From: Lama glama
Taxonomy: Eukaryota
Direction of reading: 5' to 3'
Assembly: GCA_028534125.1 (NCBI GenBank)
Contig: CM052840.1
Location: 29,512,001 to 29,576,000, forward strand
Length of the DNA stretch: 64,000 nucleotides
Each line of letters starts with the position of its first letter. Positions within the stretch are counted from its first letter, which is position 1. The translations under genes were made by a program, and so were the position numbers. The notes beneath the pieces are model-generated. The model made no database searches and was not told the origin of the DNA. It saw only the letters and a list, made by a program, of their open reading frames with translations. Of the stretch, positions 37,021-46,917 are shown in pieces.

Positions 37021-37375
37021 CAGGCTCAGCTGGCTCTTCAGATGCATGTGTGTCCGAGGGCCTTGTGGCGCCACGGGAGCACGAATGACGCCAGACGCGT
37101 GTGTGTCCGATGGACAGTGAGTCCTGTCCTTCGCTGTGCGTTTTCCTGTTTTCCTTGTTCGCGTGGACCCCTGCTCAGCCTGGCCGGGAGGGTTTCTAGG
37201 AGCAGTCAGAGAACTACTGTGGAAAGCCACGACGCCTAACCTTACTTTGTTTGAAAATTGGTGATAAACGTACATGGCACCGAACTTTAAATGCACAAGA
37301 GATTCCCTAACTTTTTGAAGATTGATTTTAAAACATCCTTTGCTCTTAAAAGCACTGTATAGCGTATTTTAAATT

Positions 37376-37484
37376 TGGGGGGGTAGGTTTATTAATTCAT
37401 TTTTAATGGAGGTGCTGGGGATTGAACTCAGGACTTCGTGCATGCTACTACGCCCGTGCTCCACCACTGAGCAAGGCCCCCCCC
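37376..37484 (-). mobile_element. tRNA-Ala-derived SINE (vic-1-like)
   Basis: TTTTTAATGGAGGTGCTGGGGATTGAACTCAGGACTTCGTGCATGCTA...CCACTGAGC. Confidence 0.85.
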
Positions 37485-37664
37485 GACACATAGCAGATTA
37501 TCAGCTTCTCGTCGACAGGCGCACAGGTCCCCGGACCCTCCACGTAGCTGGTGCTGGACAGGTGCACCCACTTGCTTGCTAGCCTTTGCTTTGTTTTTAC
37601 TTGACTAACTTAATTAAATTCATTTTATTACAAAAGCAGTGCTCGTCCTGGAGGAAGATGTGAA

Positions 37665-37897
37665 CTAAGGGTGCCCCCGCTGGCCAGGTCTGGTTTGCCA
37701 CCTGTGCTTTGTTTTTCTTTCTACTGCCTGCTTTTAAGCAGTCTTACTGGCACACAGCCACACTCACGAACCTCCATGTTATCCGCGGCTGCTCTGCGTC
37801 GGAGCGCCCGGCCCAGCGGCTGTGAGGGAGCGCGTACGGCCGCGAAGCCTGAGCTGCTTGCTGTCCGGCCTGTGCCGTGAAAGCTTGGCAGCCCCTG
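37665..37897 (+). mobile_element. MER58A-type hAT relic, strongly GC-shifted
   Basis: TTACTGGCACACAGCCACACTCA...GCGGCTGCT...GTACGGCCGCGAAGCCTG...AAAGCTTGGCAGCCCCTG. Confidence 0.65.
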
Positions 37898-39232
37898 ACG
37901 ACACAAAGCCTGTACAAAGGGGATGTGATAAAATCCTCTCCCTGAGCCCCTCCAAGTCCCACGCCCCAGTGGTCGTGACTGTTAAACAGTTTTCTGCACA
38001 CCTCCCAGAAACAATTTTCTGTGCATATATAAACAAATGCATACAGACACACACATCCAGTTTTATACCAACGAAAACCTCTTCACTTCGGCCCAGCCTG
38101 TGCTCTGGGGAATTCTGTGCACCTTGAGTAGGCGGGGTGCTCTGCAGGGGCGTCGGCCTGGCCTGCCGGTCGCTGAACGAAGGGTTTTCTACGAGCCTTG
38201 GGGACTCGGTATTTCCGACGTGAGAGCCGAGGAGCCTGCAGTACAGGGGAAAACTGGAGTTTAAAGGCCCAGTTCTGGTCAGGGAGAGAAAAGAGCCGAG
38301 GCTGGCCCGCGTCCCCCCGCCAACAGCCCTGTGCCTCGCCCCCCACTGCTCCGGCCCCCGCTCGGTCCTCGTGCTCACGCAGGGGGCTCTCTGGGGCCCG
38401 AGTCTCCGGACCGTCTGCAGTCCCATGAGCTGCTGGCCCTGCGGAGACCAGGTCACAGGGGTGGGAACCTCCCTGTCCGCTGCTTCCCCATTAGTGACTT
38501 CAAAATGAGGTTTTAAAATCTGATCCTATTATGTCCCTGCTGAGACTCTCCGTGCCCGTTCCCTGCGACACACAGCCGCCTCCTCCCGGCACCCCCGGCC
38601 CACGCCTGGTGTCCAGCCTCCGCCCCACTGCGCCTGGGGCCCAGGGCACCCGCTCCTCCGGCTCCGGTTTGGGTCCCGAGGGCTGGCGCCCTGCGCAGCC
38701 TCCGCGGTGCTGCTCGACAGTCCCCTTAGTGTCTCCCAGCGTCCCCACCTGGGGCGCCTCTGCTCAGACGTCCCCTCCCCTTCTGGCCCTCTCCTTCAGA
38801 GAAGGGGCTCGTTCTCGTGCCATTGCAGGCCTCCTTGGAGCGCTAGGGAGGTTCTCTGCCAGTCAGGTGAGGAACCTAGAGCTCACTGAGGTTAAACGCC
38901 GGACACTCGGCTGGACCCCCGGGCAGTCAAGTCTTGCTGAGAAAGTCCTGAGGCCGGGAGGGAACAGCTCTGCGTTCCCCAGACAGGGACACACCTGCCC
39001 GTGCTGAGTTCATCTTTCTCTCTTTCTTCACTGGGAGCTTCTTGAAAACCAGGGTGTTTCTCAAGGGATCATTTCTCTCTGACTTTTCACCTCTGGCATC
39101 TTTGTATGTTGACACGATTGGCCCGCGATCCATGTTTGGGGAAAGAATGATCCAAAAAGTGAGGAAAGTGGGCATGGAGTTGGGTGTCCCCTCTTAGCCC
39201 CCATATCTGTTCGCCACCCGCTCGGCCCCTAG

Positions 39233-39354
39233 AACTCCGGATCAAGAGGCAGAACTCCTCCGACAGCATCTCCAGCCTCAACAGCATCACCAGCCACTCC
39301 AGCATCGGCAGCGGCAAGGATGCTGACGCGAAGAAGAAGAAGAAGAAGAGCTGG
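39233..39354 (+). CDS. NAV1: NAV1 exon 13 (ELRIKRQNSSDSISSL...KKKKKKSW)
   Basis: tag|AACTC...TGG|gtaggt, 122 nt. Confidence 0.95.
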
Positions 39355-39936
39355 GTAGGTGGGGGGGGGCGCGCGGTCCTGGGGGGAGCCCCGCCCCACA
39401 CGGTGCCGGGTGGGTGTCGGCCCCCAGCCGCCCCTCCAGCCCCACGAGCACCTGCCTTCTGGGGCGCCCGGGCGAGTCATTGGCAACAGAGGGAAACCCT
39501 CAGAAGGGACCGTCCCACCAGGCCCCCCCCACCACTGTGGGGAGAGGATGTTATGAGCAGACCCACTCGTTCTGGGTGGTCCTGGAGGCCAGTCCGCCCA
39601 CTTTGGGGAGAGGTATTTGCAGAACTTCCCAGGTTGCTTCACAGGGAACGTTAGATTGCCTTCGGTCCAGAGATAGCCGTCGTGTTGTTTGTTTCTGACT
39701 TTGGATGACCTTTCTGAAACTCGAGGCCGGGAGAAGACTCCTCTGGCTCCTCGGCTGCCCGTGTTGGCGAGAGGAGCCCCGGGGGCCCCGTCAGCCTCAG
39801 CCCCCTGCTCAGGGGGCTGCCCACACACCCTGTTAGCACAGATGGGGCCAGCCATGTGAAATGAGTGATTAAGTGTTGCTTCTTCTTTTTTTTTTTCCCC
39901 TTCCAAATGCTGACTTCAAATCCCTATTTTTTCCAG

Positions 39937-39945
39937 GTCTACGAG
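39937..39945 (+). CDS. NAV1: NAV1 exon 14, 9-nt microexon (VYE)
   Basis: ctgac branch site, tttttttccag-type acceptor, GTCTACGAG|gtaaga; gives KKSW-VYE-LRSSF as in recalled human NAV1. Confidence 0.9.
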
Positions 39946-41687
39946 GTAAGACGCTCATACCTCTCCCTGTCTTCTTTCCCTTTGCCATACCCTCCCTACC
40001 TCCAGAGCCACTCCTTCCCCTAAAAACAGAGCAGCCACTCAGGAAACTAGCCGTGACGGCCACCACAGGGTCCCTGACTCACCCCCTGCGTGTCCTCCCG
40101 CGGCTGCCCCACAGGGCCAGGAGTGGCCTGGCAGGGGCCAGGTGGCCACGGCGGGCAAACCCCCGTCGGCCTCCTGCTGCCTCTCCCCTGCGGCGAAGCC
40201 CGCCTATTGCCGAGCAGTCAGTCAGAGCCCCCAGCTTTCACCCCGGCAGACCCGAGACAGCCCAGCTGGAGGAGACTCCCGGGCGACGTTACCTTGATCA
40301 CGCCTGTCCAGGGCAGGGCAGTTTGGGTCCAGCCTGAAGAGTCAGCTCTGGAGTAAGATGAACCAGAGATGGGTGAGGGGTGTGACCTCAAGTCACCCTA
40401 CAACCTGAAGCCCTCTGAGCATTCACGGGGTTTCCAGAGACATCAAGGGATTAGGGTGTAAACGTCTAAGAGAAAGTGAACCCAGAATTTCTGCTGCAAG
40501 CAGACTTGCCCAGTCCATGCTGACCCTCTCCTGACATCGTGGTGGGTGTGGTAAGGACAGGAAACACTGAGTCTGTGGCCTCGGAGCCTGCAGAGTTGCC
40601 AGGGACAAAGAACAAGACTGTTCATGTAAAACTGACCATAACCACCACAATCCAATGGTGCAGAAATGCTTAATTCGTTTGGAGCGCACGGTGCTACAGC
40701 CAGGCTCCTTCCAGAAGGCAGGGGAAGGGCCATAGGGGTGGAAGCTAAACTGAGGTGGGCTTGTGGGAGAGGAGGGTAGGGGTGTGCCCCGCTCAGACCA
40801 GCCAGCGGGGCGGGGAGAGGCCAGTGTCGCTGGAGCCCTGACTGCAGGGGCCTGGAGAGCAAGGACCTGAGATGCAGGGTCATTATTAAACCTGAGTCTC
40901 TGGTCAGCACTTCCTGGAGTGAACTCCCACCACCCACCAACATGCCCAGATTCGAGGAGAGCTGCCCCGTCTGCATGGCACCCACAAGTTCGGGATGTCC
41001 CTCAGGACAGGGTCTGGCTTCCATTTGCTTGACCCACTGTTTCCAGAATTCGTTTGACCACAGAACCCTTCCCCACGTGACACCACCCTAGGAAGTGTCA
41101 GAGCCACTCGGCACAGGGAACACGGGACCACACGCTGCAGGGCACTGTTCCCACATGGGACCCTGGGGACCTTAGAGGCTGGAGCTCCAGGCAGGGTGCG
41201 GTCACAGGACCTGGTCCCGCCTGTGCGCATGTGCATGCACGCTCTCGGACACATGCACTCACACAGAAACACTCAAACACATGTGCACGTGTGTACGGGC
41301 ACTCACACACACACGCAAACACAGAGGCAGCGGATGGAGAAGGCTTCATCAGGTTGAAGATGAGGACGCCTGAGTTCTAGTGCCAGGTCTCATCTCTGCA
41401 GATGAGAGCCGCGACCACTCGATGCTGACCTCTCCCACACGTACTCCCTCCCTCCCTGCGCAGCCAGGTGGGCCTGCCTCGTGTCCTGCCTGCTAGAGGC
41501 CCCGGCACCCCCCGCTGCAGGCCAGCTGCTCCCTGGGGCCCTGTGCTCCAGCGGACACTGGGGAGGAGCACCCTCAGGTTTCCCGCCTCTCCCTCAGCGT
41601 CTCCAAGGTCTGCTTCACTGTGTCCCAATCACCTTGGACCCCGCCTTTACTCTCTGCCCCCGGCTGCCGTTCCATCTCTGTCCCTGC

Positions 41688-41758
41688 GTGTGTGTGCATG
41701 CTGTGTGGACGCACGCGACCAGTGAGGGCTGTGTGTGTGCATGCTGTGTGGACACACG
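41688..41758 (+). repeat. 43-bp minisatellite truncated by the gap
   Basis: GTGTGTGTGCATGCTGTGTGGACGCACGCGACCAGTGAGGGCT at 41688-41730; second copy starts at 41731 and runs into Ns. Confidence 0.8.
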
Positions 41759-41858
41759 NNNNNNNNNNNNNNNNNNNNNNNNNNNNNNNNNNNNNNNNNN
41801 NNNNNNNNNNNNNNNNNNNNNNNNNNNNNNNNNNNNNNNNNNNNNNNNNNNNNNNNNN
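41759..41858. other. Assembly gap (100 N)
   Basis: Run of exactly 100 N, the usual placeholder for unknown length. Confidence 0.99.
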
Positions 41859-42457
41859 AGCGAGCGGGTGGCGGTCAGATCACAGCTCCCACGGACTTTG
41901 AGGAGGTCCTGGGAAGTGGCCCTTACTCTGGGATGATCGAGCAGAGTCAAAAGCACTTGAATCTGGCTGTTTTCCGCCTTCTGTGATGTGCTGGGCACCA
42001 GAGGCTCTAACAGGAACCTGACTCCACTCCCTTCTGTGGGTCCCTCGGTCATACTGTCAGTTCTGGGGGGTGGGTGGAGACATTCTGATCTGAGCCCTGG
42101 TCAGAGAAGGGTCCTGAGGCCAAAGAGAGCTGGGCCCCAGACTGGACAGGTGCTGGTGAGGAGCCGGGATCCGGTCGCCTGCAGGCACGCCCCGTGCCCT
42201 GGGGGCTCCCCTCTGTCCTGGGGGAGGGAACGCCCAAGGAGTTCCTAGCGCGACAGCAGCAAGCCAGGGTCTCTAGGCTCTCTGCGCCCGAACTTCTAGG
42301 CGAGTCCCCTGTCCATGTTCCGTGTCGGGTGGAGCTTAGAGAGGGAGGCTTGGTTGTGGAGCAAACACCTGCTCTGCACTTCCGTCTCAGAAGCCCCCAC
42401 TGCCTCCCGTCTCTGGAGCGGAGCCTGACGACTTTCCCGGAATCTGCTTTCTTCCAG

Positions 42458-42654
42458 CTCCGAAGCTCCTTCAACAAAGCCTTCAGCATAAAGAAGGGAC
42501 CCAAGTCGGCATCCTCATACTCGGACATCGAGGAGATCGCCACACCCGACTCCTCGGCCCCTTCATCCCCTAAACTGCAGCACGCGTCCACTGAGACCGC
42601 CTCGCCCTCCATCAAGTCCTCCGCCTCGTCCTCCGCGGGCACCGAGGCCCCCGA
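42458..42654 (+). CDS. NAV1: NAV1 exon 15 (LRSSFNKAFSIKKGPK...GTEAP)
   Basis: cag|CTC...CGA|gtaggt, 197 nt. Confidence 0.95.
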
Positions 42655-42757
42655 GTAGGTGCTCCGCCCGCCGCCCCCCGCCCGCCGCACCCGCGGGCCT
42701 CAGCGTCCGACGCCCCGCACGTGCCGCACCACCGGCCTGAGTCTCCTTTCCTTCCAG

Positions 42758-42950
42758 GGGCCCTGCTCACCCGGCCCCCCACGCCCGGCTGTTCCACACC
42801 AGCGAGGAGGGGGAGCCAGAGAAGAAGGAGGTCTCGGAGCTGCGCTCCGAGCTGTGGGAGAAGGAGATGAAGCTCACAGACATCCGCCTGGAGGCCCTCA
42901 ACTCTGCCCACCAGCTGGACCAGCTGCGGGAGACCATGCACAACATGCAG
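42758..42950 (+). CDS. NAV1: NAV1 exon 16 (EGPAHPAPH...LRETMHNMQ), coiled coil
   Basis: cag|GGGC...CAG|gtgggc, 193 nt. Confidence 0.95.
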
Positions 42951-43116
42951 GTGGGCGTCTGGGCGGGGTGGGGGGCATCAGGGGCGGGATTGGGGGCGGG
43001 GGACGCCGGGGCGGGGCGCGGGCGGGTGCATCTGGGCGGGGGACGGGGCACGGGCAGGGCAGCTGGGGTCCAGACCGGCTCCATCCCACGGAACTTCCCT
43101 GCCTTTCTTGCCACAG

Positions 43117-43285
43117 CTGGAGGTAGACCTGCTGAAGGCTGAGAATGACCGGCTAAAGGTCGCCCCCGGTCCCCCGGCGGGCTCCACTCCGGGGCAGGTC
43201 CCGGGGTCATCTGTCCTGCTGTCCCCTCGCCGCTCCCTGGGCCTCGCGCTCACCCATCCCTTTGGCCCGAGTCTCGCAGACACAG
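43117..43285 (+). CDS. NAV1: NAV1 exon 17 (LEVDLLKAENDRLK...SLADT)
   Basis: cag|CTG...CAG|gtacct, 169 nt. Confidence 0.95.
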
Positions 43286-43565
43286 GTACCTGTTGGGAGA
43301 AGGGCCTGGTTGGGGAGAGAAAGGGAAGAGGCTCGCCTCCCACTGCTCAGGGGCGTCTTCCTCGGGTCGGAGGGTAACAGGGTCGCCCCAGGCCGATGCC
43401 GGGGCCCTGAGACACCAAGGCCAGCTGTGGTCCTTGTCCCGTAACCGCTGTTCAGGTTTGGGCCCTGTTTTTCCTTCGTGGTAAATGGGACTTGTCTGGA
43501 AAGGACAGCGGCAGGGAGGTGTAGGGAAGCCTGTGGGCACCCCTGAAACCAGCGTCCCCCCGCAG

Positions 43566-43663
43566 ACCTGTCACCCATGGATGGCGTCAGCACTGGCGGT
43601 CCGCGGGAGGATGTGAGTCTGCGTGTGGTGGTGAGGATGCCGCCCCAGCACATCATCAAAGGG
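43566..43663 (+). CDS. NAV1: NAV1 exon 18 (DLSPMDG...PQHIIKG)
   Basis: cag|ACC...GGG|gtaagc, 98 nt. Confidence 0.93.
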
Positions 43664-43810
43664 GTAAGCAGCTCGGGCGCGGTGACGCTGCCGTCCTCAC
43701 CCAGGAGTCTGGCTCCCAGGCCCCCCCCAGACAACCCACTCCAGCCCTCGGCTCTCCCTTCCTTGGAGGCGTCTGCCCCGGGCTCACCCGCGTCTGCCTT
43801 GGCCTCACAG

Positions 43811-43906
43811 GACTTGAAGCAGCAGGAGTTCTTCCTGGGGTGCAGCAAGGTCAGCGGGAAGGTCGACTGGAAGATGCTGGACGAAGCCGTCTTCCAGGTG
43901 TTCCAG
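43811..43906 (+). CDS. NAV1: NAV1 exon 19 (DLKQQEFFLG...VFQVFQ)
   Basis: cag|GAC...CAG|gtaaca, 96 nt. Confidence 0.95.
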
Positions 43907-44122
43907 GTAACAGCGCGCCTCGCAGAGGCTGCTCATCCCCTGTGGGCTCCGGGCTCTCTGGAGAAGCCTGGAGAACCCTGAGTCTCCGACACACCTCCCG
44001 CCTCCCGCCTCCACCCGCTTCCGCTCCCTCCAGCACCGGCCTCCTCGGGGCCTCCGCGGGGGTGAGTGCATCCTCTTGGAGGCTGTCTCCACCGGCTCCC
44101 TCTTCTCCCTCCTCCCCGGCAG

Positions 44123-44282
44123 GACTACATCTCTAAGATGGACCCGGCCTCCACGCTGGGCCTGAGCACCGAGTCCATCCACGGCTACAGTGTCAGCCAC
44201 GTGAAGCGCCTCCTGGACACGGAGCCCCCAGAGCTGCCCCCCTGCCGCCGAGGGGTCAACAACATAGCCGTCTCCCTCAAAG
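44123..44282 (+). CDS. NAV1: NAV1 exon 20 (DYISKMDPASTLGL...AVSLK)
   Basis: cag|GAC...AAG|gtcagt, 160 nt. Confidence 0.95.
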
Positions 44283-44601
44283 GTCAGTCCTCACCTCTGG
44301 GTGCCGAGATGGGGGCGGGAGGACAGTGAGACGGTCCATCGCGTTCGTTCACCAAGAACGGGTTCAAAGCCACAGTGTGAAGGTCACTGGGAGACAGACG
44401 ATGAGTGAGACCAGCCCTGGCTTGCTCCGGGACAGTTATTCACAGGGGCGTTTCTGCCCAGCCTGGGCGTCCCCTCCGCCCATGCCCACACTCACAGCCT
44501 GCCCCTCGTTTCCAGAGCGGGGCCTGGGGACCCCCGAGGGCCCCTGGGTGGGAGGGACAGCCCTGGGGCCCTGGCCTGGGCTCACACTCTCCGGGGCTCA
44601 G

Positions 44602-44837
44602 GTCTGAAGGAGAAGTGCGTGGACAGCCTGGTGTTCGAGACGCTCATCCCCAAGCCCATGATGCAGCACTACATCGGCCTCCTGCTCAAGCACCGGCGCC
44701 TCGTCCTCTCCGGCCCCAGCGGGACTGGCAAGACCTACCTGACCAACCGCTTGGCCGAGTACCTGGTGGAGCGCTCAGGCCGCGAGGTCACCGAGGGCAT
44801 CGTCAGCACCTTCAACATGCACCAGCAGTCCTGCAAG
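44602..44837 (+). CDS. NAV1: NAV1 exon 21, AAA-like domain with Walker A GPSGTGKT (44712-44735)
   Basis: cag|GTC...AAG|gtggcc, 236 nt. Confidence 0.96.
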
Positions 44838-45500
44838 GTGGCCGCACCCCTCCTGCCGCCCCTCGCCCTCGCCTCGCCTCTGCCGCAACCTCCCTGCCGG
44901 GCCCCCTGCCGTGGCCTCGTCTGTCTTCCCTTGGTTCTGCACGCACCCCGTGCCTCCGGCCCCATCCCTGCAGTGACCGCTGTCCAGACCGTGCCGCTCG
45001 CTCTCAGCACACCCTCTGCCCACCTTGTCAGTGCCCCCTTCTCTTTCAATTTTGTCCCTCGCCGTTCTTTCCAGGATTCCTCTCCACTTGGGGGATTTGT
45101 AGGGGGAGGCACTCAGAACTGAGTGTCCCGCCTTGTGCCGCCTGTGCCTCGTCCCCCCGAGCTCACCCACACACTGTGCGGTGGCTTCAGGCCCGCACCC
45201 CCTCGCCCCCGCCCCGGGAGGCGTGTCCATCCAGGGTGGTCCATGGAACCCACAGTGAGAATCCGTTCAGGAAAAGCGCGTGTCCCCCACCCTTGGAGAA
45301 TTTGGGGGATGCTGCTTAAGGAGGCTACCTCGGGCCCTAAGGCCACTGCAGAGGCGGTCTGCTCCTGCAGTCGTGCGTCCCAGTGTGCCAGGCAGGCCCC
45401 AGGGGACCCAGGGCCAGCGCGGCTTCTACAGAACCCTTCCTCTCAGGGCGGGTGTGGCGCACACTGCTCCTGCGCGCTCAGCCCGCCCCTCTCACTCCAG

Positions 45501-45655
45501 GACCTGCAGCTGTACCTCTCCAACCTGGCCAACCAGCTCGACCGGGACACGGGGGTCGGGGACGTGCCCCTGGTGATCCTCCTGGATGACCTGAGCGAGG
45601 CGGGCTCCATCAGTGAGCTGGTCAACGGGGCCCTTACCTGCAAGTATCACAAGTG
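45501..45655 (+). CDS. NAV1: NAV1 exon 22 (DLQLYLSNLANQ...VILLDD...KYHK)
   Basis: cag|GAC...GTG|gtaagc, 155 nt. Confidence 0.95.
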
Positions 45656-45790
45656 GTAAGCCGGCATCAGGCCGAGATCTTCTGGGGCAGGGGCAGGAGA
45701 GCCCCGTCCAGCCTCATCTGCGGGCTTCCCCTGGGGGCCGGGGGAACATGGCAGAAGGCAGTGCTCAGACAAGCCTCTGTCTTCCCACAG

Positions 45791-45862
45791 CCCCTATATT
45801 ATAGGTACCACGAATCAGCCTGTAAAAATGACACCCAATCACGGCTTGCACCTGAGCTTCAG
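45791..45862 (+). CDS. NAV1: NAV1 exon 23 (CPYIIGTTNQ...LHLSF)
   Basis: cag|CCC...CAG|gtaaga, 72 nt. Confidence 0.95.
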
Positions 45863-46259
45863 GTAAGACCTGTGACCCTGGATGAGCCTCCTGACCCCCC
45901 CCCCAAGTCTGTGAACCAGCCCAATCCAGGACCTGGCTGGAGAGAGAGTAGCCAGAGCCCTGTGGGCTGGAGGGGTCGGTGTGTCTGCTGCTCACTGCAG
46001 GGGGAGGGCCCTCGAGACCAGGAGAGGGCTGGGAGGGGCGGCAGGTTGCTGAGGTCCGGGGCCTCTGCCCGCACATCCTTGTCCTCTCGGGGGGGTCAGA
46101 GGGTTACCTGAGGAGGGTCAGGATCTGAGAGTCAGCGCTGCCCGCCCAGGGCTGCAGCCGGAGTTCAGCTGGCCCCACAACCGGGGGGGACAAGGCGTCT
46201 GTGGGAGGAGGGAGGAGACCCGGGCCCGCACCCCTACCCACTCCGCACGCCTGCTGCAG

Positions 46260-46456
46260 GATGCTGACCTTCTCCAACAACGTGGAGCCCGCCAACGGCT
46301 TCCTAGTGCGCTACCTGAGGAGGAAGCTGCTAGAGTCGGACAGCGACGCCAACGCCAACAGGGAGGAGCTGCTGCGGGTGCTGGACTGGGTGCCCAAGCT
46401 GTGGTACCACCTGCACACCTTCCTGGAGAAGCACAGCACCTCCGACTTCCTCATCG
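46260..46456 (+). CDS. NAV1: NAV1 exon 24 (RMLTFSNNVEPANGFL...SDFLI)
   Basis: cag|GATG...TCG|gtgcgc, 197 nt. Confidence 0.95.
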
Positions 46457-46798
46457 GTGCGCCCCCACCCCCGGCGCGTGGCTCCTTCCTCCCTCACCTC
46501 CCCGGCGCTGTCAGCACCACGGGCCGCTGTTGGGGGGTGACCCCCTCACTTTCCCCAGTTCAAGGGGAGGAAGGGAGACAGCATTTCGGAGGGAGATGAA
46601 AGCTGCCCTCGCCCCTCCCCTCACGCCCCCTGGGAGCGTCCTTTCTGAGACTGCCGGCCAGGCAGCAGCTCCCGGGGTCTGCACAGCGGTCTCAGCTGCC
46701 CCCAGCCCTGGGCTCTCTGACCCTCTGCCCAGTGCTGGGAGTCAGGCAATGGCTGGGGAGGGGCTGTCAGCTGTCTTCACGGCCTGTCCCCCCAACAG

Positions 46799-46917
46799 GC
46801 CCCTGCTTCTTCCTGTCCTGCCCCATCGGCATCGAAGACTTCCGCACCTGGTTCATCGACCTGTGGAACAACTCCATCATCCCCTACCTACAGGAGGGGG
46901 CCAAGGACGGCATCAAG
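46799..46917 (+). CDS. NAV1: NAV1 exon 25 (GPCFFLSCP...AKDGIK)
   Basis: cag|GCC...AAG|gtgggc, 119 nt. Confidence 0.95.

Noticed and set aside
31571-41758. CRISPR-like reading of the 35-bp and 43-bp repeats
   Set aside because: Simple tandem copies without spacers in a mammalian intron.
42951-43116. Annotating a functional miR-1231 gene
   Set aside because: The 5' sequence differs from the recalled human miRNA and no end-to-end hairpin is evident; kept only as a finding.
44405-45319. 304-aa ORF (also 46401-47198 and 49246-50064)
   Set aside because: Alternative-frame or antisense runs across exon-intron boundaries with Pro/Arg/Gly-rich low-information translations.
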